From contig OY760937.1 in the NCBI GenBank assembly GCA_963664225.1, forward strand, positions 2,816,001 to 2,880,000: 64,000 nt of DNA, written 5' to 3'. Shown here one piece after another: positions 1 through 9,147 of the stretch; positions within the stretch are counted from its first letter, which is position 1; each line of letters opens with the position of its first letter. The stretch comes from Verrucomicrobiia bacterium. GTDB lineage: Bacteria > Verrucomicrobiota > Verrucomicrobiia > Limisphaerales > UBA1319. The position numbers were made by a program, and so were the translations under genes. The notes beneath the pieces were generated by a model that saw nothing but the letters and a program-made list of their open reading frames with translations, was not told the origin of the DNA and ran no database searches.

Positions 1-1314
1 GACATTGCCTCCGATCCCGAAGGCGTCAATTCCAGCGACATCACCGTCACACTCAAGCCGCGCGAGCAATGGACCTCGGCCAAGACCAAGGAGGAACTCG
101 TGGACAAGATGCGCGAGGCCGTCGCGGAAATCCCCGGCGTGGCCGCCAGTTTCACCCAGCCGATTGCCCTGCGCGTGGACGAACTGGTCAGCGGCGTGAA
201 GTCCGCCATTGGCATCAAGATTTTCGGCGATGACCTCGACGTTCTCAAAACCAAGGCCGAAGCGGTGGCCCGCGTCCTCGGCAAGGTGCGCGGCGCGGCG
301 GACATCAACGTGGAAAAAGTCAGTGGCCTCGCCTACCTGCAAATCGAAATTGACCGTGGCAAGATCGCGCGCTACGGCATCAACGTCGCCGATATTCAGC
401 AAGTTGTGGAGACGGCCATCGGCGGCAAGGAGGCCACGCGGGTCTTTGAAGGGCAGAAGGTCTTTGGACTCGCCGTTCGCTTCCCGGAGTCGGCGCGGAG
501 CGATGTTTCCCCTATCCGCCAGATCCTCATCGCCACGCCACAAGGCGCGCTCATTCCGCTCGGGCAACTGGCGAAAGTTTACGTCACGGAAGGTCCGGCG
601 CAAATCAGCCGTGAAATGGCACAACGCCGCATCGTCGTCGAGTGCAACGTGACCGACCGCGACATCGGCGGCTTCGTGAAGGAGGCGCAGGCGAAAATTG
701 ATGCCGCTGTGAAACTGCCGCCCGGCTATTTGATGACGTGGGGCGGACAATTCGAGAACCAACAGCGGGCGATGAAACGATTCAGCATCGTTGTGCCGAT
801 CACCATTGCGGCGATTTTCCTCCTCCTGTTCGGTTCGTTCAACTCGGTGAAGCAGGCGTTGCTCATCATTCTGAACATCCCGTTCGCGCTGATTGGCGGC
901 ATCCTCGCGCTCGTCATCGGTCACTTCAACATCAGCGTGAGCGCCAGCGTGGGCTTCATCGCGCTCTTTGGCGTGGCTGTGCTCAACGGTATCGTGATGG
1001 TCAGCTATTTCAATGAACTGCGTCGCGAAGGGATGAACGTCGAACTGGCCGTCGTCAAGGGCGCGATTCTCCGGCTGCGCCCGGTGCTCATCACCGCCAG
1101 CGTCGCGGCGCTCGGCCTTGTGCCGATGCTCTTCGCCACCGGGCCGGGGAGTGAGATTCAGAAACCGCTCGCCGCCGTCGTCATCGGCGGACTCATCAGT
1201 TCAACGCTCCTGACGTTGTTCCTGCTCCCGACGCTCTACAAAGTGTTTGAGCGTGAACTAGTAAAAGTTACGACGGTGCACTTGGCTGAACCGCCGTCAA
1301 CAAAGGAGATCTGA
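1..1314 (+). CDS. czcA: CusA/CzcA family heavy-metal efflux RND permease, C-terminal part (5' end outside window)
   Basis: Frame is open from base 1. Contains FTQPIALRVDELVSGVKSAIGIKIFG, WGGQFENQQRA, GFIALFGVAVLNGIVM, RLRPVLITA and EIQKPLAAVVIGG, typical of heavy-metal RND pumps. Confidence 0.93.
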   Translation, partial: DIASDPEGVNSSDITVTLKPREQWTSAKTKEELVDKMREAVAEIPGVAASFTQPIALRVDELVSGVKSAIGIKIFGDDLDVLKTKAEAVARVLGKVRGAADINVEKVSGLAYLQIEIDRGKIARYGINVADIQQVVETAIGGKEATRVFEGQKVFGLAVRFPESARSDVSPIRQILIATPQGALIPLGQLAKVYVTEGPAQISREMAQRRIVVECNVTDRDIGGFVKEAQAKIDAAVKLPPGYLMTWGGQFENQQRAMKRFSIVVPITIAAIFLLLFGSFNSVKQALLIILNIPFALIGGILALVIGHFNISVSASVGFIALFGVAVLNGIVMVSYFNELRREGMNVELAVVKGAILRLRPVLITASVAALGLVPMLFATGPGSEIQKPLAAVVIGGLISSTLLTLFLLPTLYKVFERELVKVTTVHLAEPPSTKEI

Positions 1315-1317
1315 AAC

Positions 1318-1641
1318 TTGAAATCTCGATTCAAAACCATCGGAACTTTCTTTGCGCAGCTTCTGACGAGAGCACTTTTGAACCCCTCGAGCGCAGAGGC
1401 GCACTCGCCGCAAGAGCGGGAAATGCGTGGAATCATTCAAGGAATTGATCTGCAAACACGCACATTGACGGCTCAATCGCCAAACCACAGTCAACCAGCC
1501 GCACTCGCTTTCAAATGCGACACAAAATTCATCAAGGATTGGAGGTTCTCCGACTCTGCCGGCCCTGAGGAAAGGATTACGAGTCTGAGCTATTGTCGCG
1601 CAATCTTTGCCGGAAAGCCGTTCGTGACCAAAGTGGTTTAG
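1318..1641 (+). pseudogene. Small exported hypothetical protein, probably degraded (paralog of 16259-16584)
   Basis: TTG start with a signal-like N-terminus. Shares WRF and KPFVTKVV with the 16259 copy. The stop TAG at 1639-1641 corresponds to TGG (Trp) in that copy. Confidence 0.5.
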
Positions 1642-1831
1642 GTAGATCGCAACTCAACGTGTAAAAACCATGAGCCGTTGGAAGTCACCGCAAGTTGCCG
1701 CCTTGCGCGCAGAACGCGCTGCTAAGGAGGCAGAGCAGGCTCGCAAAATGAAGCGTAAGAGCCGACTCATGATCATTGGCGTTGCGATCCTTTCGATTGG
1801 CCTGGTTGTGACAGATTACTTCTGGCTGAAA
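1614..1831 (+). repeat. Direct repeat copy 1 (partner 16524-16742)
   Basis: By-eye alignment gives 6 substitutions and one 1-bp indel over about 218 bp. Weaker homology extends from about 1288 to 1950. Confidence 0.95.
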
Positions 1832-1972
1832 GCGCGGGCACAAAAGCGGCGCGAGGAGCACATGCGAACTCGTCACCGGCCCGCGCAAACCAACGACGCC
1901 GTTCGTGTCCCGATTACTGGCAACACCAATCTCAACCAAAAACCATGGGTGAAACCTCAAGAAAAAGATTGA
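1670..1972 (+). CDS. Hypothetical single-TM membrane protein (paralog of 16581-16967)
   Basis: ATG start, basic N-terminus, hydrophobic segment LMIIGVAILSIGLVVTDYFWL. The reading frame is conserved in the second copy. Confidence 0.6.
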   Translation: MSRWKSPQVAALRAERAAKEAEQARKMKRKSRLMIIGVAILSIGLVVTDYFWLKARAQKRREEHMRTRHRPAQTNDAVRVPITGNTNLNQKPWVKPQEKD

Positions 1973-2001
1973 ACATATCTTGTCTTTCCAGTATCTATTT
2001 T
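1969..2001 (+). promoter_or_regulatory. Putative sigma70-type promoter of leader-czc operon 1
   Basis: TTGAAC (1969-1974), 17-nt spacer, TATCTA (1992-1997) overlapping TATTTT (1996-2001). The same TTGAACAT start occurs at 10083. Confidence 0.45.
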
Positions 2002-2006
2002 CTGAA

Positions 2007-2402
2007 ATGCGTCGTCGTTGCTTGAACATCGTGATAATCGGCTTGATGGCCTTCCTCTGGGTGGCTCAGGCGGCGCATTGCCAGATTGGGACGATTCCGG
2101 GACTTGATCTTCTTGCGTGCGCCAGCGGCGGGAATGCCGAAAATGAAGCTCATTCCTGCTGCGGAGGTACGTGTAAGAACATCGAATCCCGCGAGCAGAA
2201 AGCAGAGAAAATGAAACGCCCCGCCGCTCCCCGGCCTGAATCTCTGCCTTGGTTGGCAACTGCCTTGGCTGCTCTCCGTTTGTCAGAGTCCGACAATGAT
2301 CGCAGTATTTCATTCGCGGACGTTCCGCCGGAACTTCCCAAGTGCTGGCAGTTCTCCCATCGCACAGCCCTTCCTCCCCGTGCGCCTTCGATTGCTTCCT
2401 AA
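2007..2402 (+). CDS. Exported Cys/His-rich leader protein ending in PRAPS motif (CzcI/DUF2946-like candidate arrest peptide), copy 1
   Basis: ATG 2007 (in frame with TTG 1980). Signal-like MRRRCLNIVIIGLMAFLWVAQAAHC, Cys cluster HSCCGGTC, C-terminus PELPKCWQFSHRTALPPRAPSIAS. Lies directly upstream of czcC. Confidence 0.8.
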   Translation: MRRRCLNIVIIGLMAFLWVAQAAHCQIGTIPGLDLLACASGGNAENEAHSCCGGTCKNIESREQKAEKMKRPAAPRPESLPWLATALAALRLSESDNDRSISFADVPPELPKCWQFSHRTALPPRAPSIAS

Positions 2403-2404
2403 GT

Positions 2405-2451
2405 AGTCCCGGTCGGGACTCCCTCTCCGTCGTGGTGTAAAACGCACCGCG
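2405..2451 (+). promoter_or_regulatory. Twin RNA hairpins after leader ORF 1
   Basis: AGTCCC-GGTC-GGGACT (2405-2420), then CGTGGTGT-AAAAC-GCACCGCG (2431-2451). The same layout follows leader ORF 2. Confidence 0.6.
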
Positions 2452-2519
2452 CATCTCCGTTTGCCATTTATCAGGTCGTTTTGAGTCCGCACTCGGTTGT
2501 CCGTTTTTAGTTTGAAATT

Positions 2520-3842
2520 ATGAAGAAAAGAATTGATGCAATTGCCCTTCGTTCCGTCGCGTGGTCGCTGGCATTCACCGGCGGCTGCCTCTTGGGATTC
2601 GCTGCCCAAGCGGCTGATTCGCCTGCGCCACCACCGTCGGTGAGTTCAGCGACCAATGTTCTGACGCTGGACGGGGCGGTCCGCCTCGCGCTGGAGAACA
2701 ACCCTGAACTGCGCGCTTCGGGGGCGCGGGTGGACGCGGCTTCCGGGCGGGCCTACCAAGCCAGGAAGTGGACCAACCCGGAATTGGAGTTGAGCGCCGA
2801 AGACTGGCCGGTGAGCAACGGGCGTGGGTTTTCGGACGCCAAACAGACGATCGGCGTGGCCCAATCGCTGCCGTATCCAGGGAAGAAGTCACTGGACAAG
2901 CAGATTGGGGGCGCGGGAGTGAAGCTCTCGGAAGCGGAACTGGCGCTGCGCCGGACGGAAGTCGTCCGGGACGTAAAGGCGGGATTTTTCCGCGTGCTGG
3001 CGTCCGAGCGGTTGGTCGAGGTATCCACGCAACTGGTGGCAGTGGCGGAATCTTCCGCCGGCACGGCGCGGAAGCGGGTGGACGCCGGGGCGACCGCGTA
3101 TCAGGAGCAGTTGCGGGCGGAAGTGCAGTTGGAACAGGCGCGGACGGAGCTGACGGGCTTTCAGCGGGAGCTGGCCAGCGCACGGCAGATGTTCGTGACC
3201 CTCCTGGGGCGGCCCGACTTGAAGAATGCCAGTCTTTCCGGGTCACTGGCGGAAGGGCCGGAGGCGAACCTGCTGGAGGAGGTGGGAGCGGAGCGACTGG
3301 CCAAGCATCCGAGCACGGTTGCCGCGCAAGCCAACCTGGACCGGGCGCAACTGGCCTATCGGCGGGCGCGGCTGGAGCCGTATCCCGACGTGAAGATGGG
3401 CGTATCGGGCGGACGCATCGGGGCCTCGGACCAGTCCATCATCCAACTGGGCTTCTCGGTGCCACTGCCCCTCATCGACCGTGGCAAGGGGAAACAGCAG
3501 GAAGCGCGGGCGAACGTGAACGTGGCGGAAGCGGAACTGCACGGCGTGCAGCAGCAGTTGCAGCGCGAGTGGGCCAACGCACACAAACGCTACCGCACCG
3601 CCGCCGAACAGGTGTCCAATTACCGCGAGCGGATTCTGCCGAAAGCGGGCGAGGCGCTGCGGTTGGTCCAGACCGGATTTGAACAAGGCAAGTTCAACTT
3701 CATTGATCTGGTGGACACGCAACGCACCACGGCAGAAGCACGGCTCGCCTATCAACAAAAACTGCTCGAACTGAACATCGCCCAAGCGGAACTGGCGGCG
3801 TTACTCCAACCACAAACCACCCAAACTTCAACCATCAAGTAA
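2520..3842 (+). CDS. czcC: TolC family outer membrane efflux protein (CzcC-like)
   Basis: Signal peptide, ALENNPELRA, two OEP-type repeats, GKFNFIDLVDTQRT. First gene of an OMF-MFP-RND operon. Confidence 0.9.
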   Translation: MKKRIDAIALRSVAWSLAFTGGCLLGFAAQAADSPAPPPSVSSATNVLTLDGAVRLALENNPELRASGARVDAASGRAYQARKWTNPELELSAEDWPVSNGRGFSDAKQTIGVAQSLPYPGKKSLDKQIGGAGVKLSEAELALRRTEVVRDVKAGFFRVLASERLVEVSTQLVAVAESSAGTARKRVDAGATAYQEQLRAEVQLEQARTELTGFQRELASARQMFVTLLGRPDLKNASLSGSLAEGPEANLLEEVGAERLAKHPSTVAAQANLDRAQLAYRRARLEPYPDVKMGVSGGRIGASDQSIIQLGFSVPLPLIDRGKGKQQEARANVNVAEAELHGVQQQLQREWANAHKRYRTAAEQVSNYRERILPKAGEALRLVQTGFEQGKFNFIDLVDTQRTTAEARLAYQQKLLELNIAQAELAALLQPQTTQTSTIK

Positions 3843-3852
3843 GAATTCGACC

Positions 3853-5127
3853 ATGAAAAATCATTACACTCTGAAATTCGTTGCCCTGACGTCGGTCGCC
3901 GCATTGGCGCTGCTGACCGGATGTTCCAAACAAACCGAATCCGCAGGCGACAGCGCAGACGACGGTCACGGGCACGGTGAAGCCAAAGCCCATACCGAAA
4001 CCAAAGTTGGCGTGGTGATGTGCTCTGAGCACGGCGTGCCTGAAGCGGAGTGCGCCGTTTGCAAGCCACACCTCGCGGACAAGCTCGAACCAGGCGAGAG
4101 CATGAAAGTGCGACTGCCTTCGACGAACTCGACGGCCATCGTCGGCGTCCAGACGGCTACACCCGAGACCGGGGCAATTGCCGAAGGCATTCAATGCGTG
4201 GCTGAGGTCAGCTTCAACCAGAACAAGCTGGCCCAGATCGCCGCGCCCGTAAGCGGCATCGTTCAGACGGTGGACGTGGACCTGGGCACCAAGGTTGAGG
4301 AGAAGCAAGCCGTGGCGAAAATTTGGTCCGCCTCGATAGCGGAAGCGGTCGCCAAGGCGGTGCTGGCCCACCAGACCCTGGACCGTGAAAAGAAACTGCG
4401 CGCTGACCGCGTGACTTCGCAGGCCGGGCTGGAAGAAGCGGAAGCGTCCCACCGCTCAGCGTGTCAGCAACTCCGCACGCTGGGCTTCACCGAGGAGCAG
4501 ATTGACGAGATGGGGCAGAAACCCCAGGAGCAGGTGTTGATGGAGGTCCGCGCGCCGTTCGCGGGTGAAATCGCCGAACGGACGGCCGTGCGCGGGGCAT
4601 TGGTGGAGGCGGGCAAACCGCTTTTTACGCTGGTGGACCATTCGACCGTGTGGGCGATGCTCCAAGTGCCGGAAGCGACGCTGGCGCGGGTGAAAACCGG
4701 CCAGGCGGTGGAATTACGCGTGGATTCGCTGCCGGGGAAGGTGTTCGTGGGCAAGCTGACGTGGGTTGGCCCGGCGGTGGATGAACGCACGCGGATGGCC
4801 CGCGCCCGCGCCGAGTTCGCCAATCCGGACTGCGAGCTGAAGGACAAGATGTTTGCCACGGCGCGGATTCTGACGCGCCAGGCGGAAGGGGCGATGCTGG
4901 TGCCGCCGTCGGCCATCCAGCACATCGAGGGCAGGCCGTTCGTGTTTGTGAAATTGGGCGAGGATTTGTTCGACGCGCGGGCGGTGCGCCTCGGAGCGAA
5001 GTTCAACGGGCGACAGGAAATTCTGACCGGCGTGAATCCGCAGGACCTGATCGCGGTGAGCCATGCGTTCGCCATCAAGTCGGCGATGCTGATGTCAAGT
5101 CTGGGCGCGGGTTGCGCGGATGACTAG
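3853..5127 (+). CDS. czcB: Efflux RND periplasmic adaptor (CzcB-like) lipoprotein with N-terminal Cys/His motif
   Basis: Lipobox LLTGC, CSEHGVPEAECAVC, IAAPVSGIV, VRAPFAGEI, LKDKMFATARI. Confidence 0.9.
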   Translation: MKNHYTLKFVALTSVAALALLTGCSKQTESAGDSADDGHGHGEAKAHTETKVGVVMCSEHGVPEAECAVCKPHLADKLEPGESMKVRLPSTNSTAIVGVQTATPETGAIAEGIQCVAEVSFNQNKLAQIAAPVSGIVQTVDVDLGTKVEEKQAVAKIWSASIAEAVAKAVLAHQTLDREKKLRADRVTSQAGLEEAEASHRSACQQLRTLGFTEEQIDEMGQKPQEQVLMEVRAPFAGEIAERTAVRGALVEAGKPLFTLVDHSTVWAMLQVPEATLARVKTGQAVELRVDSLPGKVFVGKLTWVGPAVDERTRMARARAEFANPDCELKDKMFATARILTRQAEGAMLVPPSAIQHIEGRPFVFVKLGEDLFDARAVRLGAKFNGRQEILTGVNPQDLIAVSHAFAIKSAMLMSSLGAGCADD

Positions 5128-5154
5128 GCGCGACAACTCAACTTACCGATTTCC

Positions 5155-8100
5155 ATGCTAAACTTTATCATCAACTTCTCGCTCAAGAACCGTCTGCTGG
5201 TCTGCATTCTGGCGGCGGCGCTCATCGTCATCGGCGGGCGCAGTTTGAGCGTTCTGCCGATTGACGCCTTTCCGGACACGACGCCGGTGCAGGTGCAAAT
5301 CAACACCACGGCGGCGGCGCTGAACCCCCAGGAGACCGAGGCGCAAATCACGCTGCCGGTGGAACTGGCGGTGAGCGGATTGCCGGGCCTGAAGAACGTG
5401 CGTTCGATCTCGAAGTTCGGGCTCTCGCAAGTGGTGGCCACGTTCGACGACACGATCAACATCTTCAAGGCGCGGCAGCTCCTCATGGAGCGGCTCCAGA
5501 CGGTGGAGTTGCCGGAGGGATTGGAACGTCCGCAACTTGGCCCCATCGCCACCGGGCTGGGCGAGGTGTTTCATTATGTGGTGCGGTCCACGGACACGAA
5601 TCGCACACCGACGGAATTGCGGACGTGGCAGGATTGGGTGGTGAAACCGCACCTGCGCAAGGTGGCGGGCGTGGCGGAGGTCAACACTTGGGGCGGATTC
5701 GAGAAGCAATACCATGTGGTGGTGGAAACGGATCGACTCGTCAAATACCGGCTGACGTTCGAGGAACTGGTTGAGGCGTTGCAGGCGAATAACCAGAACG
5801 TGGGCGGTGGACAGATTGTGCGGAGCGGCGAATCGCTGCTGGTGCATGGCGTGGGCCTGACCACCAATGTGCAGGAAATCGCCAACATCGTCATCACCAG
5901 CCATGACGGCACTCCGGTGCGGGTGCGCGACGTGGCCACGGTGAAAGAGGACCACCAAATCCGCCGGGGCGCAGTGACGGCGGATGGCCGGGGGGAAGCG
6001 GTGCTGGGACTGGGTTTCATGCTGATGGGCGAGAACAGCGCGGTGGTGACGCATGCGCTCAAAGCCAAGCTGGCGGAGGTGCAAAAGTTTTTGCCGCCGG
6101 ACATCAAGTTGGAGGTGCTCTATGACCGGACCGAACTGGTGGACAACGTGATTCGCACGGTTGAACACAATCTGCTCGCGGGCGCGTTGCTGGTCATCGC
6201 CATCCTGTTTGCGTTCCTGGGCAACCTGCGGGCCGGGCTGATTGTGGCGGTAGCGATTCCGCTTTCGATGCTGTTTGCCGGCAACTTCATGTTGCAGGCA
6301 GGCATTGCGGCCAGTCTCTTGAGCCTCGGTGCAGTGGACTTCGGGCTGATCGTGGACGGCGCGGTGGTGATGATGGAAAACGCCATGCGGCGGATGGCGC
6401 TGCGCCAGCATGAGTTGGGGCGCGTGCTAACGAAAGACGAACGTGAGGAAGTGCTGCGCAGCGCGCCGCTGGAAGTGGCGCGGCCCGTGGCGTTCGGTGT
6501 GGGCATCATCATGATCGTGTTCCTGCCCATCCTCACGCTGGAAGGGATCGAGGGAAAAATGTTCAAGCCGATGGCGCTGACGTTGATCTTCGCGCTGCTC
6601 GGCTCGCTCATTCTGGCACTGACGCTGACGCCCGTGCTGGCGTCGTTGTTCCTGCCCAAACAGGTAAATGAAAAGGAACCGTGGCTGGTGCGGCTGGCGC
6701 ACCGGATTTATGAACCGGCACTGGGCCTAGCGCTGCGGTTTCGCAAGCTCACCGTGTTGGTTGCGGTGGCGCTGTTCATTGGGGCGATGCTGATTGCCGC
6801 GCGCATGGGCGGGGAGTTCCTCCCGAAGTTGGGCGAGGGCGCGATTGTGGGAACGACCGTGCGGCTGGCGGGCATTTCGGTGGACGAGTCGGTCGCGCAA
6901 AATGACCGGATTGAGCAAATGCTGATGAAGGAGTTTCCAGACGAGATCGAACACATCTGGACGCGGCTGGGCACGGCGGAAGTGGCGACCGACCCAATGG
7001 GGGTGGAACTGGCCGACTTTTTTCTGGCGCTGAAACCGCGCGAACAATGGAAGAAGGCGCGCACCCAACCGGAGTTGACCGAGAAGATGCGCGACGTGTT
7101 GAACCAGGTGCCGGGCATGAAACCCGCCTTCAGCCAGCCTATCGAGATGCGGCTGAACGAACTCATCGCCGGCATCCGGGGCGACATCGGCATCAAAGTC
7201 TATGGCGACGATTTGGAGGAACTGCGGCGGTTGGGCGGCGAGGTGCAAGCGGTGCTGGCCGGGATTCCGGGTGCGAGCGAGGCATCCGTCGAGCAGTTGA
7301 CCGGACAAACCTTCCTGCAAGTGCGGGTGGACCCGCAAGCCATCGCGCGCTACGGCGTGCCGACGCGCAATGTATTAAACGTTGTCGAGGCAGTCGGTTC
7401 GCGCCGGGTGGGCGACGTGCGCGAAGGACAGCGGCGTTTCCCGCTGGTGGTGCGTTTGCCGGACCGGCAGCGCACGGACCCGGACGCGCTGGCCGCGACG
7501 CTTATTCCGACTGCTGCCGGGTCGGTGTTGCCTTTGAATCAAGTGGCGAAAATCACCGAAATGGAAGGCCCCTCCACCATCAACCGGGAGTGGGGCAAGC
7601 GGCGAATCACGGTGCAATGCAACGTGCGCGGGCGCGACGTGAAAAGCTTCGTGGCGGAGGGGCGAGCGAAAATTGCCGCGCAGGTGAAACTGCCCGAAGG
7701 CTACACCATCGAATGGGGCGGGCAGTTCGAGAACATGGAACGCGCGAACCGGAAGCTGATGTTCGTGGTGCCGATGGCGCTGGCACTCATTTTCGTGTTG
7801 CTCTTCTTCAGTCTCAAGACTGTGCGCGAAGTGCTCATCGTGGCGTCGGGCATTCCGCTGGGATTGGTTGGCGGTGTGCTGGCCTTGTGGCTGCGCGGCC
7901 TGCCGTTCACAGTCAGTTCGGCCATTGGCTTCATTGCCTTGAGCGGTGTGGCCATCCTCAACGGTTTGGTGCTGGTGACGTTCATCAAGCAGAAACTTGA
8001 TGACGGCACGCCCTTGGAGCAGGCCGTGCGGGAGGGGTGTCTGGTGCGACTGCGTCCCGTGCTGATGACGGCGCTGGTGGCAGCGGTGGGTTTCATTCCG

Positions 8101-8256
8101 ATGGCGGTCAACGTCGGCGTGGGCGGCGAAGTGCAGCGCCCATTGGCAACGGTGGTGATCGGCGGCATCTTCACCAACACATTGTTGACATTGCTCGTCT
8201 TACCGGCGCTTTACACGCTGTTCAAGGGCAAGAAGACCGCCGAAGTGGAGGTGTAA
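5155..8256 (+). CDS. czcA: CusA/CzcA family heavy-metal efflux RND permease (divalent-cation type)
   Basis: 1033 aa. LPIDAFPDTTPVQVQINT, TM4 SLGAVDFGLIVDGAVVMMEN, RLRPVLMTA. Confidence 0.96.
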   Translation: MLNFIINFSLKNRLLVCILAAALIVIGGRSLSVLPIDAFPDTTPVQVQINTTAAALNPQETEAQITLPVELAVSGLPGLKNVRSISKFGLSQVVATFDDTINIFKARQLLMERLQTVELPEGLERPQLGPIATGLGEVFHYVVRSTDTNRTPTELRTWQDWVVKPHLRKVAGVAEVNTWGGFEKQYHVVVETDRLVKYRLTFEELVEALQANNQNVGGGQIVRSGESLLVHGVGLTTNVQEIANIVITSHDGTPVRVRDVATVKEDHQIRRGAVTADGRGEAVLGLGFMLMGENSAVVTHALKAKLAEVQKFLPPDIKLEVLYDRTELVDNVIRTVEHNLLAGALLVIAILFAFLGNLRAGLIVAVAIPLSMLFAGNFMLQAGIAASLLSLGAVDFGLIVDGAVVMMENAMRRMALRQHELGRVLTKDEREEVLRSAPLEVARPVAFGVGIIMIVFLPILTLEGIEGKMFKPMALTLIFALLGSLILALTLTPVLASLFLPKQVNEKEPWLVRLAHRIYEPALGLALRFRKLTVLVAVALFIGAMLIAARMGGEFLPKLGEGAIVGTTVRLAGISVDESVAQNDRIEQMLMKEFPDEIEHIWTRLGTAEVATDPMGVELADFFLALKPREQWKKARTQPELTEKMRDVLNQVPGMKPAFSQPIEMRLNELIAGIRGDIGIKVYGDDLEELRRLGGEVQAVLAGIPGASEASVEQLTGQTFLQVRVDPQAIARYGVPTRNVLNVVEAVGSRRVGDVREGQRRFPLVVRLPDRQRTDPDALAATLIPTAAGSVLPLNQVAKITEMEGPSTINREWGKRRITVQCNVRGRDVKSFVAEGRAKIAAQVKLPEGYTIEWGGQFENMERANRKLMFVVPMALALIFVLLFFSLKTVREVLIVASGIPLGLVGGVLALWLRGLPFTVSSAIGFIALSGVAILNGLVLVTFIKQKLDDGTPLEQAVREGCLVRLRPVLMTALVAAVGFIPMAVNVGVGGEVQRPLATVVIGGIFTNTLLTLLVLPALYTLFKGKKTAEVEV

Positions 8257-8286
8257 CTCGCGCAAACCATCAACGAAAGAAAAGTC

Positions 8287-8595
8287 ATGAAAGAAATCAA
8301 AGCCATCATCAAACCCTCGCGCCTGGAGGAAGTCGTCCACGCCTTGCGCCAAATCAAAGACCTGCCCGCGATCACTGTTTCGACGGCGAACGGATTCCTC
8401 GCCCAACACGGCACATTCGACCAGGTGGTGAAGACCAAACTGGAAATCATGGTGTCCGATGATTTGGTGGAAGCCGTCGTGCAAGCCATCCAGAAAGCAG
8501 CGCACACCGGCCTCGCCGGCGATGGGCGCATCTTCGTGATTCCCATTGAGGAGACGGTGAAGATTCGCACGGGAGAACGGGACACGCACCAGTAG
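8287..8595 (+). CDS. P-II family signal transduction protein (short T-loop variant)
   Basis: MKEIKAIIKPSRLEEV, KTKLEIMV, AHTGLAGDGRIFVIPIEETVKIRTGE (P-II signature). Confidence 0.92.
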   Translation: MKEIKAIIKPSRLEEVVHALRQIKDLPAITVSTANGFLAQHGTFDQVVKTKLEIMVSDDLVEAVVQAIQKAAHTGLAGDGRIFVIPIEETVKIRTGERDTHQ

Positions 8596-8610
8596 CCACA
8601 CCTTGAGTTT

Positions 8611-8922
8611 ATGAAAAACACAACCAAGTCCAAAAAGAACAAGAGCGGGCGAGAACCACAAAAGATACGGATCGAGTTCCACGCTGAACAGGCGCAAGCC
8701 GTGTCCATCGCCGGGACGTTCAATGACTGGCATCCCCAAGCCACGCCCATGAATCCTTTGGGCGAGGGCCGCTGGGTCAAGGAACTGGTGCTGCCGCCGG
8801 GCCGCTACGAATACCGTCTGGTGGTGGACGGCGAGTGGCTTTGCGACCCGGCGGAGACGGAGAAAGTCCCCAACCCATTCGGCGGCTGCAACTCGATTCT
8901 CATAGTGAGAGGTGGGGCATGA
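8611..8922 (+). CDS. Glycogen-binding (CBM48/AMPK-beta-like, isoamylase early-set) domain protein
   Basis: AQAVSIAGTFNDW, GRWVKELVLPPGRYEYRLVVDGEW. Confidence 0.88.
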   Translation: MKNTTKSKKNKSGREPQKIRIEFHAEQAQAVSIAGTFNDWHPQATPMNPLGEGRWVKELVLPPGRYEYRLVVDGEWLCDPAETEKVPNPFGGCNSILIVRGGA

Positions 8923-9122
8923 AACACCGTCATCATGGTTTTGGAGCGCACTTGGAAGTTCACACGCAGGCGGTGGTTCGATGCTTGGTTTGTGCAAAAC
9001 AAATCCGCCCTGACGATGAAGTATTTGAGATTCATCATGCTGGCACTTCGCACCGCGTCTGTTGCCCGTCCTGCGCGGCAAAATTCGAGGCGTCGCCAGC
9101 AAGCTATATCGTCATGTCGTGA
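8919..9122 (+). CDS. Small His-rich TRASH/YHS-like metal-binding protein
   Basis: ATG overlaps the upstream stop (ATGA). MKHRHHG, CLVC, VCCPSCAAKFEASPASY. Confidence 0.7.
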   Translation: MKHRHHGFGAHLEVHTQAVVRCLVCAKQIRPDDEVFEIHHAGTSHRVCCPSCAAKFEASPASYIVMS

Positions 9123-9147
9123 GCATTCGCCCTAACTCGCAACTGTT

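Noticed and set aside
2575..8180. Long alternative-frame and antisense ORFs over czcCBA (e.g. 2768-3682, 5158-6411, 7047-8000)
   Set aside because: Shadow ORFs expected in GC-rich coding DNA; they are Arg/Gly/Ala-rich with no recognisable motifs.
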